DNA of 54,511 nucleotides from a virus (Duplodnaviria; Caudoviricetes): IMG/VR virus record IMGVR_UViG_3300020450_000031, positions 1 to 54,511 of that record; one strand, 5' to 3'. Shown piece by piece: positions 20,301 to 29,733 of this stretch (position 1 is its first letter; each line of letters starts with the position of its first letter). The notes under the pieces were generated by a model. It saw only the letters and a program-made list of their open reading frames with translations, ran no database searches and was not told where the DNA came from. The position numbers and the translations under genes were made by a program.

Positions 20301-23300
20301 ATATCTGCCGTTGTTTTCTTTCGGCCCCATTTGATATATCTTTTGGAACGCCTCATTTATTTCTCTGAATACATCTAGGTCTTGATCGCTTATCTGACGA
20401 TCAATGTTTTTCATACTCTGGATGTTACCTTCAGCTAATTTTGCAGCAGCTATGTATTTACCCATAGCAACTTTAGCAGCTAGATAGTTCACAGCCCTAC
20501 GCATATCCACGTATGCTTGATACATTTCTTCGTGTCTCGGATTGGTAAACTTACCATCAGGGCCAATGTCACTTAGTGGCTCACCCAAAACTTTATCTAA
20601 TGTATGTGTGCGTTGGTTTGCTTCGCTACCTTCTGCGTATGGTATGCCTTGTTTTAGTTGTTCTCTTGATAATGTAGCTCTTTCTACAGCTACATCGAGA
20701 GCCTCATCATTTATCATAGGCTCGCCAGACACAGGGTCTTTTATGATTACATCTGGTGAGTTACGTATGTCAGCGTCAGATGTATTTTGTGCAAAGAAAG
20801 CGTTACCATAGGCAAGCATCTCACCAACGGCTAACTTTTCTTTCTTGTTAAGTCCTGTACCTAAACCCCAGAAGTCTGCCTTTGTAGCACGTTGAGTCAT
20901 ACTGTCTAACTCTGACAATATCTGACGAGCTGTAGCTGCTTGTCTTCTAAATACGTCAAGTAGTTTTGTCAGACCAATACTACGCAGAGCTGTGTTGTCT
21001 AGTGTTTGTAGGTATTCAGCTGCAGCCCCAAACACTCTACCAATATTTTTACCTTTGCCTTTACCTTTGTTTAGATAATCTTGCAGGTCTTTAGGATCTA
21101 AGCCTGGGATACCCATGCTAAATCCTTGCTCACCAAGGTTTACTCTTGCTGCTGAGAATCTACCAACGTCAGACTCGTTAAGACTTTCTATGTTTTCACG
21201 TAGTTGATCTGGTGATACAAAGCCAGGGATCTCACCATCACGCACATAACGTCTCAACTGGTTGACCCAGTATGAAGCACCATCATGCTGGAATGGAATA
21301 CCAATCCTACGTAAGAAGTTTTTAATAACATCCCAAACACGTTGTAATACACTGGCATCCATGTTGGCTACATGGTCAGCTAGAGCTTCTTCTATAGCTT
21401 CTAGTTTACCGATACCATAGACTTCCATCTGTGCATCGGCTGCGGCTCTTATGTGTGCGCTTGTGTTGTAGATGTTTTCAAGAACTGATTTTAATTGTTT
21501 AGTATTTAATATCGAACGTAGCCCAAAGTGACCGATTGTTTCGTGAGCTAGAATAAATTTTAGATGTGTGTCATTCTCTACAAAGTCAGTAAAGATTATG
21601 ACTTCATCACCAATAGAAAAACCAGATGCGTTAGTAGTTTCAAATTCAGGTTGAGCTTTTACTGCTCTATCAAACAATGCTTTGTTTTTACTACGTAGTT
21701 CAGCTGCATTTCTAACGATAGTTACTTTAGGTTTGATAGCTAGCTTAGAAAGAAACGCTTTGACTGCAGCACGAAGCTGTATAGGATTCATTGGATTAGA
21801 TGGCTTGTCGTTATCATAACGTCTAAAGTTACCATTACGATCTTTTAGCTCATCAAGTACACTACGTGGTTTGTAATACTCAAGTTGTTCTTCAGCTATG
21901 TAACCAGCTTCAAAGAGTTCTTTTTCTTCTTGTGCTAGTTTTGCTCTTTGTTTTGCTCTTTCTTTTGCCACTCTGTCAGTTATATCAACAATCGGCTCGC
22001 CTTCTTTTTTAGCTAGTCTTTTAGCAGCACGTTCTTTTTTACGTGACTCTGCCAAAGTAGCTGCTGTCAGAACTAAGTTTCCGTTTGGTTGTTCTTCAAA
22101 CTTTACCTTGCCGTTAGTATCAAAGTACTCAGATAAAGGTGCACCGTTAAACCTGTAAGTCATGTCGGGTTTAACTTTTTCAAGACCTGCAACCATACGC
22201 TCTGCAGCTTGTACAGACCTATGGTTTCTATTACTGAGGTTGCGTGTATTCTGAATAACTTCTAGTTTTATAGCTATGTTTCTGGCTAACTCTATTGGGC
22301 CAGTCTTAGGATCACCATACCTAGAAGCAGCTAAAGTACCAGCTTTGTTTAGGTCTTTTTCATTTGCAATAACATCCAACCTAACCTGCTCTTGTCTAAG
22401 GTTGTTTGCTACCATAAGCTCACGAACACCCTGCAGGTTACTTTGCTCTAAGCGTTGTTGTAACTCTGGTAGAATACCTAGCTTAGAAGCGTACTTAAAC
22501 CAACTTGGTCTACCAGTAAACTGTAGGTCATTTATGTTAAGTCTTAGTTGTTCTATAGCTGTTTCTCTGATTGTCTCTGGCATATGCACCCGTGCATTCA
22601 GTAAGAAACTAGCTGCTCTATCTTTAACACCTTTAGATGCTTGGCTTGTTTTTGAAAAAGCAATAGCCATAAGTTCCGCAAGAACATCAGGCATTTCAAA
22701 TTTTGTTGTATCTTCGTATATAGCTTTGAGTATATCTACTTGAATACCTTCAGGTAGAGTAGCTCGTAAAGATGGATCTTCCCATACCTGTTGCATGTCT
22801 GCAGCAGACATTACTGATAATGTTTCTTTAACACCTTTTTGATCTGTAAAGTCATTAAGTGATGGATATTCTTTGTACGGCTTGTTTGCTTCCCAGCGCT
22901 CAGCGGGAGTTTGTGTGACAACAGGTTGTGGTGTCTTTGTCTTTACCTCTTCACGTTCTGCGACTTGAGGATCAACCTTTTGTGTGCCACGCTTTAGAGC
23001 CGCTACCTTGGGCTTGGGTTTCGCCTCAGGTTGAACACTCGGTTCTTTGACTTTCGCTTTGCCTTTTTTGAGCTTTTCTTTAGCACGTACCCTGGGGGTT
23101 TCTTGTACTTCTTCTCCCACTCTTTCGCCATCTTGGGCTTGTTCTTGTGCATCCACCTGCGTTGTTTCTGGCTCTTGAACGGCATCTGGCTCCTCCTTTT
23201 TAGCTCTCCCTTTCTTTAGATTATCTGCTTTGGTTTGCTTTTTTACTGCACGTTCTTGTGCATCCCTCATAAAATTGTTTACATCAGTAAAGTCACCATC

Positions 23301-25877
23301 AAAGTTTTCAGTCGCTTTGGTTACAATCGTACCAATACCAATAGGAAATGTTTTACGATCAACAACTAGATCAGGAGCTTGCTCTACTGACTCTAATAGT
23401 TGACTAAGTGTAGGAGCTACCTGAGCTGCTTGTTCTGGGTTAGCTAATCTAAACACGTTGAACTCAGCAATAAGTTCTTCTGGCGACAGCAGATAGTTAA
23501 AGAACTCGTTGTCTAGTTTCTTACCATCGTTTATGGCTTGTTCTATTGTAGCTCTTAGATCTGGATACAGCAGGTTTTCTATAGCTTGCAACTCTGCCAA
23601 TACTGCAGGGTTGTCATTGATTTGCTCAGCCAATAACGAATGGGATGCGTGACCCAACTCATGTGCAACTACGTTGGGAAACACAGGTTGTGCGTACTTA
23701 TATTTACCAGCTAATACTATGCCACCATTATGGTGTGCGCCTGTAAAATTAGTAAATCTTCTAGCTACTTTTATTTTTTTAATAGCTTCAGCGTATCTAT
23801 CCACAACAAATTGAGGCAACAAGTTCATTCGTATGCCCCTGGTGTAGTTGATAGTATCAAATTTCTTTTGGCGTTTGTCAGGATCAACAATATTATCTTC
23901 TTGCCTACCACCTGAGATTTGACCTTTGCTCTTAACAGTAGCAGGTAGATCTTTTTTGTCTCGCCTGTTCTCAAGCTGTGGCACTGCAGACGGAGCAAAC
24001 TCTTTTTCTGTTTGTTTTATATCGTCAGTCAGTGGCTTAGCAGGAGGCTTTTGTTTTGGTGCTTCCTCTGGTGTAAACAACGGCAACTGTCTAGGTGTAG
24101 GCGGTGGGGTTGTTACTGTTTCTGGCTGATCTTCAAATAAATCTTGTTGGTTAGGATCAGAGAAAACAGGTGGAGCTGGAGGTACTTGCTCAACTCTGTT
24201 TGTAGGTGTGCCAAGTATTTCATTTACTTCATTTAGCGTAGTAACTGGAGGTGTTACATTTAACGCACCTTGAGGTTGTTGTTCAGTTCCTGGGATAAAT
24301 CCGCCTTGTACATTGACAGGTTGATCCATAGGATCAAATACTTGTGGATTAGGATCAACTGTACCATCAGGGCTAACAGTAAAGTCAGGATCTTCAATCG
24401 GAGTAGCGACTGCACTGCCTGTATAAGGTGGTAGTTGAGTTGGTGTATATTCTATCTGATCAGGAAAGACAATTTGCTCATCTCCCATACGTACAGTTTG
24501 TCCTGTTGGGCCTGTATCTGGGCCTGTAGGAACAAGAGCAGTTCCAGCTCCTGTATCAGAAACACCTTCGTTGTCTAGTAGATTAACTTCTTCGTTACTA
24601 CTGCGTAACTGGCTAACACCTGCAAGTGGGCCACCGACTGCAGCACCTGCAGCAATAGCATTAATAAGACGTACACCATTATCTAATGTAAATGCTTCTC
24701 TGTCAGAAGTAGCAGCATCTGTACCAATAACTAAACTTTCTTGAATACCTTCTGTTATACCTTCTGCAACTGCACCTGCACCTGTAGCACCTGCAACCCG
24801 TCTAAACATACCAGATGTACCAACTGGGTTGAAAAATTTACTAGCTACAAAATATTCTGAGAAAGTCTCAGCTGCAGCGTACGGTATAGCAGCAGCTAAT
24901 GCAGCAAGACGTTGAGAAGAACCTGGGACTTGTCCCTCTGCATTCTCAAGCATCTCAAGATATACATCACTAACGCCAGTTCTAAAGTTATTTAGTGAGC
25001 CAGCGACAACTGCACCTGTGCCTGCGATAACTCTTTTCTCTGCTTTGGATAAAGCCTCACCTGCTCGTTTCTTAGCAACAGCATCCATAAGTTTTTTCTT
25101 AAATGCTGTCTTACCAAACGCTCCAGCTACACCACCCATAGCACCAGTAACAGGATTACCTGTAGAACCAGTAGCGACAACTGCGCCTGTAATAAACGCT
25201 GCTATAGACTCAATAAGATTTGGCCCCTGTTGTGCTAAGTTTGCTAAGAACCAGTCTGCAACTTCACCTTCTGCTAATACATCATCTGTAAACGTACGTT
25301 GAAATGGTTCTTTACGTCTTAAATCTTCTTGTTGTTGTTCAATAACATCTCTGCCAAAACCGCTAAGACTATCGAGTCCTAGTGAATCACCAAGATATGT
25401 AAGTCCAGCACCACCTAACATCTGTAGGTTATCGACACCAATACCAAAGTTCTTAGACATAAGCCTACCCTTGCCTGGGTCTCTTATGTTCTTAATATAT
25501 TCTCCGTACACTTGAGGAGACATACGATCAAATCCACTAGGTAATCCCGTAGGTGCTCTTTCTAGGTATTCTGGACTAGCAGATTTATCTGCAGTTTGAT
25601 AATCATCAGCATCAAAGGTAAGACCATTAACAAACACTTGGTTTGTAGCTTTGTTGAACCCAACGCTAGGTTCTTTTATATCAGGTGTTTGAGTTAAAGC
25701 CGCACCGAAAGCTGCTAGATCAGCTGTATTAGGTGCTGCAAGTTGATCCATGCCATATATAGAATAGTTATCTGTAACCCTAGCTACGTCAGGGCTAGCG
25801 TCCATAGCATCTAATGTTCTTGATTGAAATGATTGCAGCCCTGCTTGGCCATAAGGGTTTAGATCCTCAACAGCCAT
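17400..25877 (-). CDS. giant internal virion / DNA-ejection protein (large polyvalent protein) with two zincin motifs
   Basis: 2825 aa, last gene of structural module; HELGH and HETIGH; Gly/Ala-rich hydrophobic N- and C-terminal regions. Confidence 0.85.
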   Translation of the reverse strand: MAVEDLNPYGQAGLQSFQSRTLDAMDASPDVARVTDNYSIYGMDQLAAPNTADLAAFGAALTQTPDIKEPSVGFNKATNQVFVNGLTFDADDYQTADKSASPEYLERAPTGLPSGFDRMSPQVYGEYIKNIRDPGKGRLMSKNFGIGVDNLQMLGGAGLTYLGDSLGLDSLSGFGRDVIEQQQEDLRRKEPFQRTFTDDVLAEGEVADWFLANLAQQGPNLIESIAAFITGAVVATGSTGNPVTGAMGGVAGAFGKTAFKKKLMDAVAKKRAGEALSKAEKRVIAGTGAVVAGSLNNFRTGVSDVYLEMLENAEGQVPGSSQRLAALAAAIPYAAAETFSEYFVASKFFNPVGTSGMFRRVAGATGAGAVAEGITEGIQESLVIGTDAATSDREAFTLDNGVRLINAIAAGAAVGGPLAGVSQLRSSNEEVNLLDNEGVSDTGAGTALVPTGPDTGPTGQTVRMGDEQIVFPDQIEYTPTQLPPYTGSAVATPIEDPDFTVSPDGTVDPNPQVFDPMDQPVNVQGGFIPGTEQQPQGALNVTPPVTTLNEVNEILGTPTNRVEQVPPAPPVFSDPNQQDLFEDQPETVTTPPPTPRQLPLFTPEEAPKQKPPAKPLTDDIKQTEKEFAPSAVPQLENRRDKKDLPATVKSKGQISGGRQEDNIVDPDKRQKKFDTINYTRGIRMNLLPQFVVDRYAEAIKKIKVARRFTNFTGAHHNGGIVLAGKYKYAQPVFPNVVAHELGHASHSLLAEQINDNPAVLAELQAIENLLYPDLRATIEQAINDGKKLDNEFFNYLLSPEELIAEFNVFRLANPEQAAQVAPTLSQLLESVEQAPDLVVDRKTFPIGIGTIVTKATENFDGDFTDVNNFMRDAQERAVKKQTKADNLKKGRAKKEEPDAVQEPETTQVDAQEQAQDGERVGEEVQETPRVRAKEKLKKGKAKVKEPSVQPEAKPKPKVAALKRGTQKVDPQVAEREEVKTKTPQPVVTQTPAERWEANKPYKEYPSLNDFTDQKGVKETLSVMSAADMQQVWEDPSLRATLPEGIQVDILKAIYEDTTKFEMPDVLAELMAIAFSKTSQASKGVKDRAASFLLNARVHMPETIRETAIEQLRLNINDLQFTGRPSWFKYASKLGILPELQQRLEQSNLQGVRELMVANNLRQEQVRLDVIANEKDLNKAGTLAASRYGDPKTGPIELARNIAIKLEVIQNTRNLSNRNHRSVQAAERMVAGLEKVKPDMTYRFNGAPLSEYFDTNGKVKFEEQPNGNLVLTAATLAESRKKERAAKRLAKKEGEPIVDITDRVAKERAKQRAKLAQEEKELFEAGYIAEEQLEYYKPRSVLDELKDRNGNFRRYDNDKPSNPMNPIQLRAAVKAFLSKLAIKPKVTIVRNAAELRSKNKALFDRAVKAQPEFETTNASGFSIGDEVIIFTDFVENDTHLKFILAHETIGHFGLRSILNTKQLKSVLENIYNTSAHIRAAADAQMEVYGIGKLEAIEEALADHVANMDASVLQRVWDVIKNFLRRIGIPFQHDGASYWVNQLRRYVRDGEIPGFVSPDQLRENIESLNESDVGRFSAARVNLGEQGFSMGIPGLDPKDLQDYLNKGKGKGKNIGRVFGAAAEYLQTLDNTALRSIGLTKLLDVFRRQAATARQILSELDSMTQRATKADFWGLGTGLNKKEKLAVGEMLAYGNAFFAQNTSDADIRNSPDVIIKDPVSGEPMINDEALDVAVERATLSREQLKQGIPYAEGSEANQRTHTLDKVLGEPLSDIGPDGKFTNPRHEEMYQAYVDMRRAVNYLAAKVAMGKYIAAAKLAEGNIQSMKNIDRQISDQDLDVFREINEAFQKIYQMGPKENNGRYRVNAQTLQQAEDFINGVTRAMWQSEASADLRNMKPDDSPFDNPQGNSQKAINAILAYNRTNAGKQNPIDLTSILDGLDRMRQYKDASGKNLFDKNNVIKRIQQPMKDQVFTDTQLINANVMAKQTIFDSYVPYKRRGKHQLRFQAFSVNRDGSRGAPVKLPENFSAAFPYFQNDDFAHLTEMAEAYNGDLNETVFDVPLEDGGTQQVIMTALVEDATGGTPTNQSMNYDEFVNVLNSLGVSLDLAERERIVEALSRQHDKARSHLRKRFQAGFDPDMIRSVSEYLETGAAIAAKNEHRTDINMIMADDSNWKGNYEVLEQSWADVEAAERTGNKERIHIAREKFEAYAHMYKESAPLNGRVFTKATDRKGNKIEIKPTGGKGERYRNQGNKLLSFYAQQTDIAISVEDELSKGPLSGLKNLAVAMQLGGSIAAGLVNLTSLPLMAIPYMATYNSKLGTGGGYGFMQSGIQISKALKDLKNPKWADPAWIRDTVLKGDNYKSFGLTLDEAQFLYRQTSRGILDAALVNSLAGSSRGNFFNSANWTAITKKYMIPFAYTEQQNRRSSALATYRLEKRRRMAADPTLTDASFEQENDLVNQNDQPDLFALEEKAVEVVNKSQGDYAMYNRPDIARGTWAQYIYMYKQFTVIATQLVRTLPPAGRVYYLTALMAVAGLKGLPFADDLADLVDTLAQLFGIRVPPVELAVGKFVEDTTDAVGLDGTFWAQVALRGFADQVGGGGTVSSRLALGDLLPGTGIFLAGASTPQELKNIAGPIFSAMAGTVTSALDLAKVPFKSDPTNELMRIAQASPIAGLRNIMDTAVYYNTGAVLNSRGYTVTRDISTANLITRFLGFYPVQATRSNDAVRMSKRLVDYTKAISASYREQYVRAALMKDRSAMRSIEQDVRDHNRVHRRGDPFYIDDFYGKVRKAVKSAELGAGARFLKTTPKSTRDSITDIISQVYGVDIR
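23003..23185 (-). CDS. nested 60-aa basic protein (MPFKSQKQRRWMHKNKPKMAKEW...) in +1 frame of giant gene
   Basis: AGGAGG 6 nt before ATG; N-terminus resembles a stand-alone small phage protein family I recall. Confidence 0.7.
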   Translation of the reverse strand: MPFKSQKQRRWMHKNKPKMAKEWEKKYKKPPGYVLKKSSKKAKRKSKNRVFNLRRNPSPR

Positions 25878-25878
25878 G

Positions 25879-28233
25879 TCATTGCCCTTTACCTATTTTC
25901 GCAATCTCAGCCATGTAACTGTTACCAACTCCAAAATCAAAACTATCAATAGGGACTGATATATACTTTTCTATTTCTATAGTATCGCCATCAGGTGTTT
26001 CTTCTTCGACAATCTGTTTTTGAAATGCTGCTACTGGCACACCACCTTTAGAACTAATTATAAGTCTACCGCTGTCTTCAACTTTCATGTCCATGTTGGT
26101 GTTTGTTTCTACCAACTTTTTAATCATATCTGCTTGAGCTTGTGCGTTGATCTTTCTGGCTTCCTCAATTTGTTTTAGCTTAGATTCAAAGATAGCTTCG
26201 TTTTTCTTTGCTGTTGCTGCTTCGATAGACTGCCTATACTTCTGATCAAATATAGTACGTGCATTTAGTTTGACTTGTCCTGCTGACAACCCTTCTAAAC
26301 CTGGGATAGCTGTACCATCAGGGCGTATGAAATCAAACTTACCATCGTTTCTAGCTTGTATTAATGCTCCTCCACCAGTAAACGCATCCATTACAGAGTT
26401 CAATCTCGCTGGATTACCTGACATCTCAAAAGACATAAGTGCATCTTCTGATTGCATTACATATAGCATTGAGTCAAGCACCATCATATCAGCTATACCC
26501 TTCTGATACTCTGGTCTGTTTATTCCTGTGAGTCCTGCTCTTTGCATATTCTGTAAAGTTTGAGATAAGATGTTTCTATTTTCCATAGCTTTCTGAAACT
26601 CAAACCCTAACCTATTAGGTACATCAGTTAGCTTTTGTATTCGTTTTGCACCATCTTCTGGTTTCTTTAGATTTTGAGTTACAACACTACCATCTTTGCC
26701 TGCACCAGTATCTGTTACGTTCTTTGGTGGAATGTTCATACTTCTACTAGTGTTATCTACTGTTGTCTGGTTTGTAACAACAGTACTTGGAGCTGCATTT
26801 GCAGTACCACCAGTATTACCTGTAGTTGTAGTAGACGTTCCAGAGGCAGTCGTTCCAGAGGCTGGGCCAATTTTAGCTACTGGTGGTTGATTACCACTAG
26901 CAGGATAGTAATAGTTACCTACTTTATTTAGATAACCATTTAGGCTTAAAAATGCTTGGTTATACGTGTTTACTGATTTGAAGTCATGGTTCTTAGCAAA
27001 TTTCTTTACATCTTTAAGTGAGTTAATACCTATAAATTTACTGTATCCATCGTTATATGCAGCTCCTTGAAACTCAGGAGCTACTCCTTTGAATCCTATC
27101 AATCTAAAATATAACAACCCAGCTGTAATCTGATCTCTATTGTCAGTTAGCTGGAGAAAACTTTTTGGTAGTTGGGCTGCGGCTTGCTTTAGTTTTGCCC
27201 ATTCTGCAGCATCTACACCTGCTGGAGTCTTACCTGCATAGAATGCTTTGACATCTTTATACGCAGGTTCTTCTATCTGTAATGCACCTTTAGCTGGGCC
27301 TTTTGTAAAATCTACACCACCAAAATTAGACTCGATTGCTAATAGTGATAACGCTTTACCCTGATCAACGCCAAGCAACCTAGCTTGCTCTACAGTTATC
27401 TCCGTCTGAACGTTTCTAAATCTGTCGTTGTCAACTGCCTTTACTGCGTTGTTTACAAATGTGTTTCGTATAGCACCTGCACCTGTTTTTGTTTCAACAG
27501 TTGCATCTTCAGGTACTATCTCAGTGTTTGTAATACCTTTAGCACGACCCTGAGTAAATGCGTTTTGTAGAGCAGGAGGCACTGCATGTCCATAGCTATC
27601 CTGAAGAACAAACGAACTGCCGTCACCAAAAGCATCTACAATATCATACTCAACACCATTGAAGACAAGGATCTTGCCACCGTTTTTATCCATAACTTTC
27701 CAAGGTTTTCCGAATACATGCAGTGCTTCTTTTTCTTCATCTGATGCATCGTCTTTTTGTACAGTACCTTGTGGAAATAACACTGACAAATCTGGGCTAC
27801 CAAACTCAGGCTTTATTATCTGATCTTTAGATCCGCTTCCTTTTTCATCTCCAGGGACAATGACTGTTTTGCTAGTATCTAAGTTTGCTACAGGAGGATT
27901 ATTTTGATTTGATTCTTCATAATCAGTTATTTGATCTTGACCTTGGGATACACCCCCATCCATATCAAGATTACCTGCACCTGTATCAGGATTCTGTATA
28001 GGAATATTTTTAAGCCCAGTGTTTATCTGACCACCTAACTGACTTGTATCAAATTGTGCAGCTGGGATTACATTGTTCATCTGCAGTTTACGAAAGTTTT
28101 CCTCTCGCTGCAGCCTTTGATTTTCTAAACCCAAGCGTCTACGATTCATATACTGGTTTGCGCCAGTATTAAAAGCGTCTACTTCCTGTGGGTTAGAAGG
28201 AAGCGCAGATCGCATAAAATCTAATAAAGCCAT
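25879..28233 (-). CDS. internal virion protein with lytic transglycosylase domain
   Basis: SLT motifs LAIES, KGALQI, AAYNDG. Confidence 0.82.
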   Translation of the reverse strand: MALLDFMRSALPSNPQEVDAFNTGANQYMNRRRLGLENQRLQREENFRKLQMNNVIPAAQFDTSQLGGQINTGLKNIPIQNPDTGAGNLDMDGGVSQGQDQITDYEESNQNNPPVANLDTSKTVIVPGDEKGSGSKDQIIKPEFGSPDLSVLFPQGTVQKDDASDEEKEALHVFGKPWKVMDKNGGKILVFNGVEYDIVDAFGDGSSFVLQDSYGHAVPPALQNAFTQGRAKGITNTEIVPEDATVETKTGAGAIRNTFVNNAVKAVDNDRFRNVQTEITVEQARLLGVDQGKALSLLAIESNFGGVDFTKGPAKGALQIEEPAYKDVKAFYAGKTPAGVDAAEWAKLKQAAAQLPKSFLQLTDNRDQITAGLLYFRLIGFKGVAPEFQGAAYNDGYSKFIGINSLKDVKKFAKNHDFKSVNTYNQAFLSLNGYLNKVGNYYYPASGNQPPVAKIGPASGTTASGTSTTTTGNTGGTANAAPSTVVTNQTTVDNTSRSMNIPPKNVTDTGAGKDGSVVTQNLKKPEDGAKRIQKLTDVPNRLGFEFQKAMENRNILSQTLQNMQRAGLTGINRPEYQKGIADMMVLDSMLYVMQSEDALMSFEMSGNPARLNSVMDAFTGGGALIQARNDGKFDFIRPDGTAIPGLEGLSAGQVKLNARTIFDQKYRQSIEAATAKKNEAIFESKLKQIEEARKINAQAQADMIKKLVETNTNMDMKVEDSGRLIISSKGGVPVAAFQKQIVEEETPDGDTIEIEKYISVPIDSFDFGVGNSYMAEIAKIGKGQ
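27940..27973. repeat. 34-bp exact direct repeat, copy 1
   Basis: ACCTTGGGATACACCCCCATCCATATCAAGATTA, identical to 29299-29332. Confidence 0.95.
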
Positions 28234-28242
28234 GCTTCCCTC

Positions 28243-29733
28243 CTATGAGAATCTAAACGTATTCCGTGTACCAAACAACCCGTCTCTTAGCCCTGCACGA
28301 TATTGGTCATTACCATCTCCGCCTGATACCCCAAATGCCCCGAACATCTGATTAAATCCTTGCTGAGCAGCTGATTTCTTTCTTGCTAGATTTGCGTAGG
28401 TTTGGTTAAGTCCTGTTAATGCAGCACTATAATTACCGCCTTGAGTCGGAAATGCAGCAGCCGACTTGTTTAAGTAGTTTGCCTGTTGGTTAAGTCCAGT
28501 TATCATACCCCTATCATAAGCTGAGCCTGTATTAGCAGCTGCACCAAGATTAAAACGTCTTTCTTCTGCAGCTCTTAGAGCTGTGTTTGATGGGTTGATA
28601 TTACGCAATGCATCTCGTTTAGCTAAACCTGCTTTTTGAGAAGCTCGACCATAATACTGTCTAGCTAATTGTTCTGGATCAAATCGTTGACCCATAGCAT
28701 ACAGCTCGTTTGCTCGTTTCATTGCAAAGTCATAGGCTTCTTTATCTCTGGCTTTAAGTTGTTCCATCTGTTCTTTTTGCAAACGCAGTACTTCTTTTTC
28801 TTCATCAGACATATCACCAACGCCCATTATCTCTGCGCCAATAAGTTGAAGTCCTGCTTGGATAGATACATCTGCCAGTGCTTTAGGGTCTGTAAACCTA
28901 GAAGCAATCTCTGAACCTGTTCGAGATAGAAGACTAGCTTGGTTTGTAGATTGTGAACCTAGGTTTTGTAATGTTGTGTTGTTCGCCATACTCTGACCAG
29001 GGAAACTTGCGTTTACAAGATTAGGATTAGGCTGATTAACTATACCTTGAGATGCATTAAAAGCGTCTTGACCAGGATATGACCCTGCCATCTCACCTTT
29101 CAATATAATCTGATCACCACTTGGTGTAGTTAAAATCTGTTGCCCCTGTGCATTTGTTGTTATGTTGTTTGCGCCGCTAGTATTAGCTCCCATACCCCCA
29201 GGGCCAGTATTAGATAGTCGATCACCAACAGTACCTGCGTTAGCTCCGCCATCCGTCAAAGTCTGAGGTTGCTGCACATTTCCTCCAACTTGATCCATAC
29301 CTTGGGATACACCCCCATCCATATCAAGATTAACTGTTCCTGCGTTTGAAATATTTGTTGCATCTGCATAAGCCTCTGGTCTGAACTCAGTACCTGAGAA
29401 TGCTTGGTTTGCAACCCCATCTGTTGCTCCTGGGTTAAAGTAACCTGCAACACCACCTGATAAACCACCCATTAATGCTGATCTACCAATGTCTTGTCCT
29501 GTAATTGCCCCTGTTACAGCGCCTAGTCCAGCACCAACCAAGGCACTACCCATGACCGATCCTATTGCTGCAGACAAACCAATCGAAGATGCAATAGCTG
29601 GGGCTGCAATAGGAATAGCAATAACCGCAGCTACTGCTACAAGTTTTTTGAACCCGCCTCCACCATGTTCGGTGTATGGTTCTAAGTTAATAGGTGTCAG
29701 CGCTGTGCTACTAACGTAATCAATTTGTCTCAT
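28243..29733 (-). CDS. internal virion / ejection protein (P22 gp7-like position)
   Basis: Gly-rich hydrophobic N-terminal segment, Q/N/A-rich helical C-terminus, gene order. Confidence 0.7.
   Translation of the reverse strand: MRQIDYVSSTALTPINLEPYTEHGGGGFKKLVAVAAVIAIPIAAPAIASSIGLSAAIGSVMGSALVGAGLGAVTGAITGQDIGRSALMGGLSGGVAGYFNPGATDGVANQAFSGTEFRPEAYADATNISNAGTVNLDMDGGVSQGMDQVGGNVQQPQTLTDGGANAGTVGDRLSNTGPGGMGANTSGANNITTNAQGQQILTTPSGDQIILKGEMAGSYPGQDAFNASQGIVNQPNPNLVNASFPGQSMANNTTLQNLGSQSTNQASLLSRTGSEIASRFTDPKALADVSIQAGLQLIGAEIMGVGDMSDEEKEVLRLQKEQMEQLKARDKEAYDFAMKRANELYAMGQRFDPEQLARQYYGRASQKAGLAKRDALRNINPSNTALRAAEERRFNLGAAANTGSAYDRGMITGLNQQANYLNKSAAAFPTQGGNYSAALTGLNQTYANLARKKSAAQQGFNQMFGAFGVSGGDGNDQYRAGLRDGLFGTRNTFRFS
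29299..29332. repeat. 34-bp exact direct repeat, copy 2
   Basis: identical to 27940-27973. Confidence 0.95.

Noticed and set aside
27940-29332. CRISPR mini-array or DGR template/variable repeat interpretation of the 34-bp repeat
   Set aside because: Only two copies 1.36 kb apart inside coding frames, no adenine-specific mismatches, no reverse transcriptase or cas operon; the Cas4-like gene is an ordinary phage exonuclease
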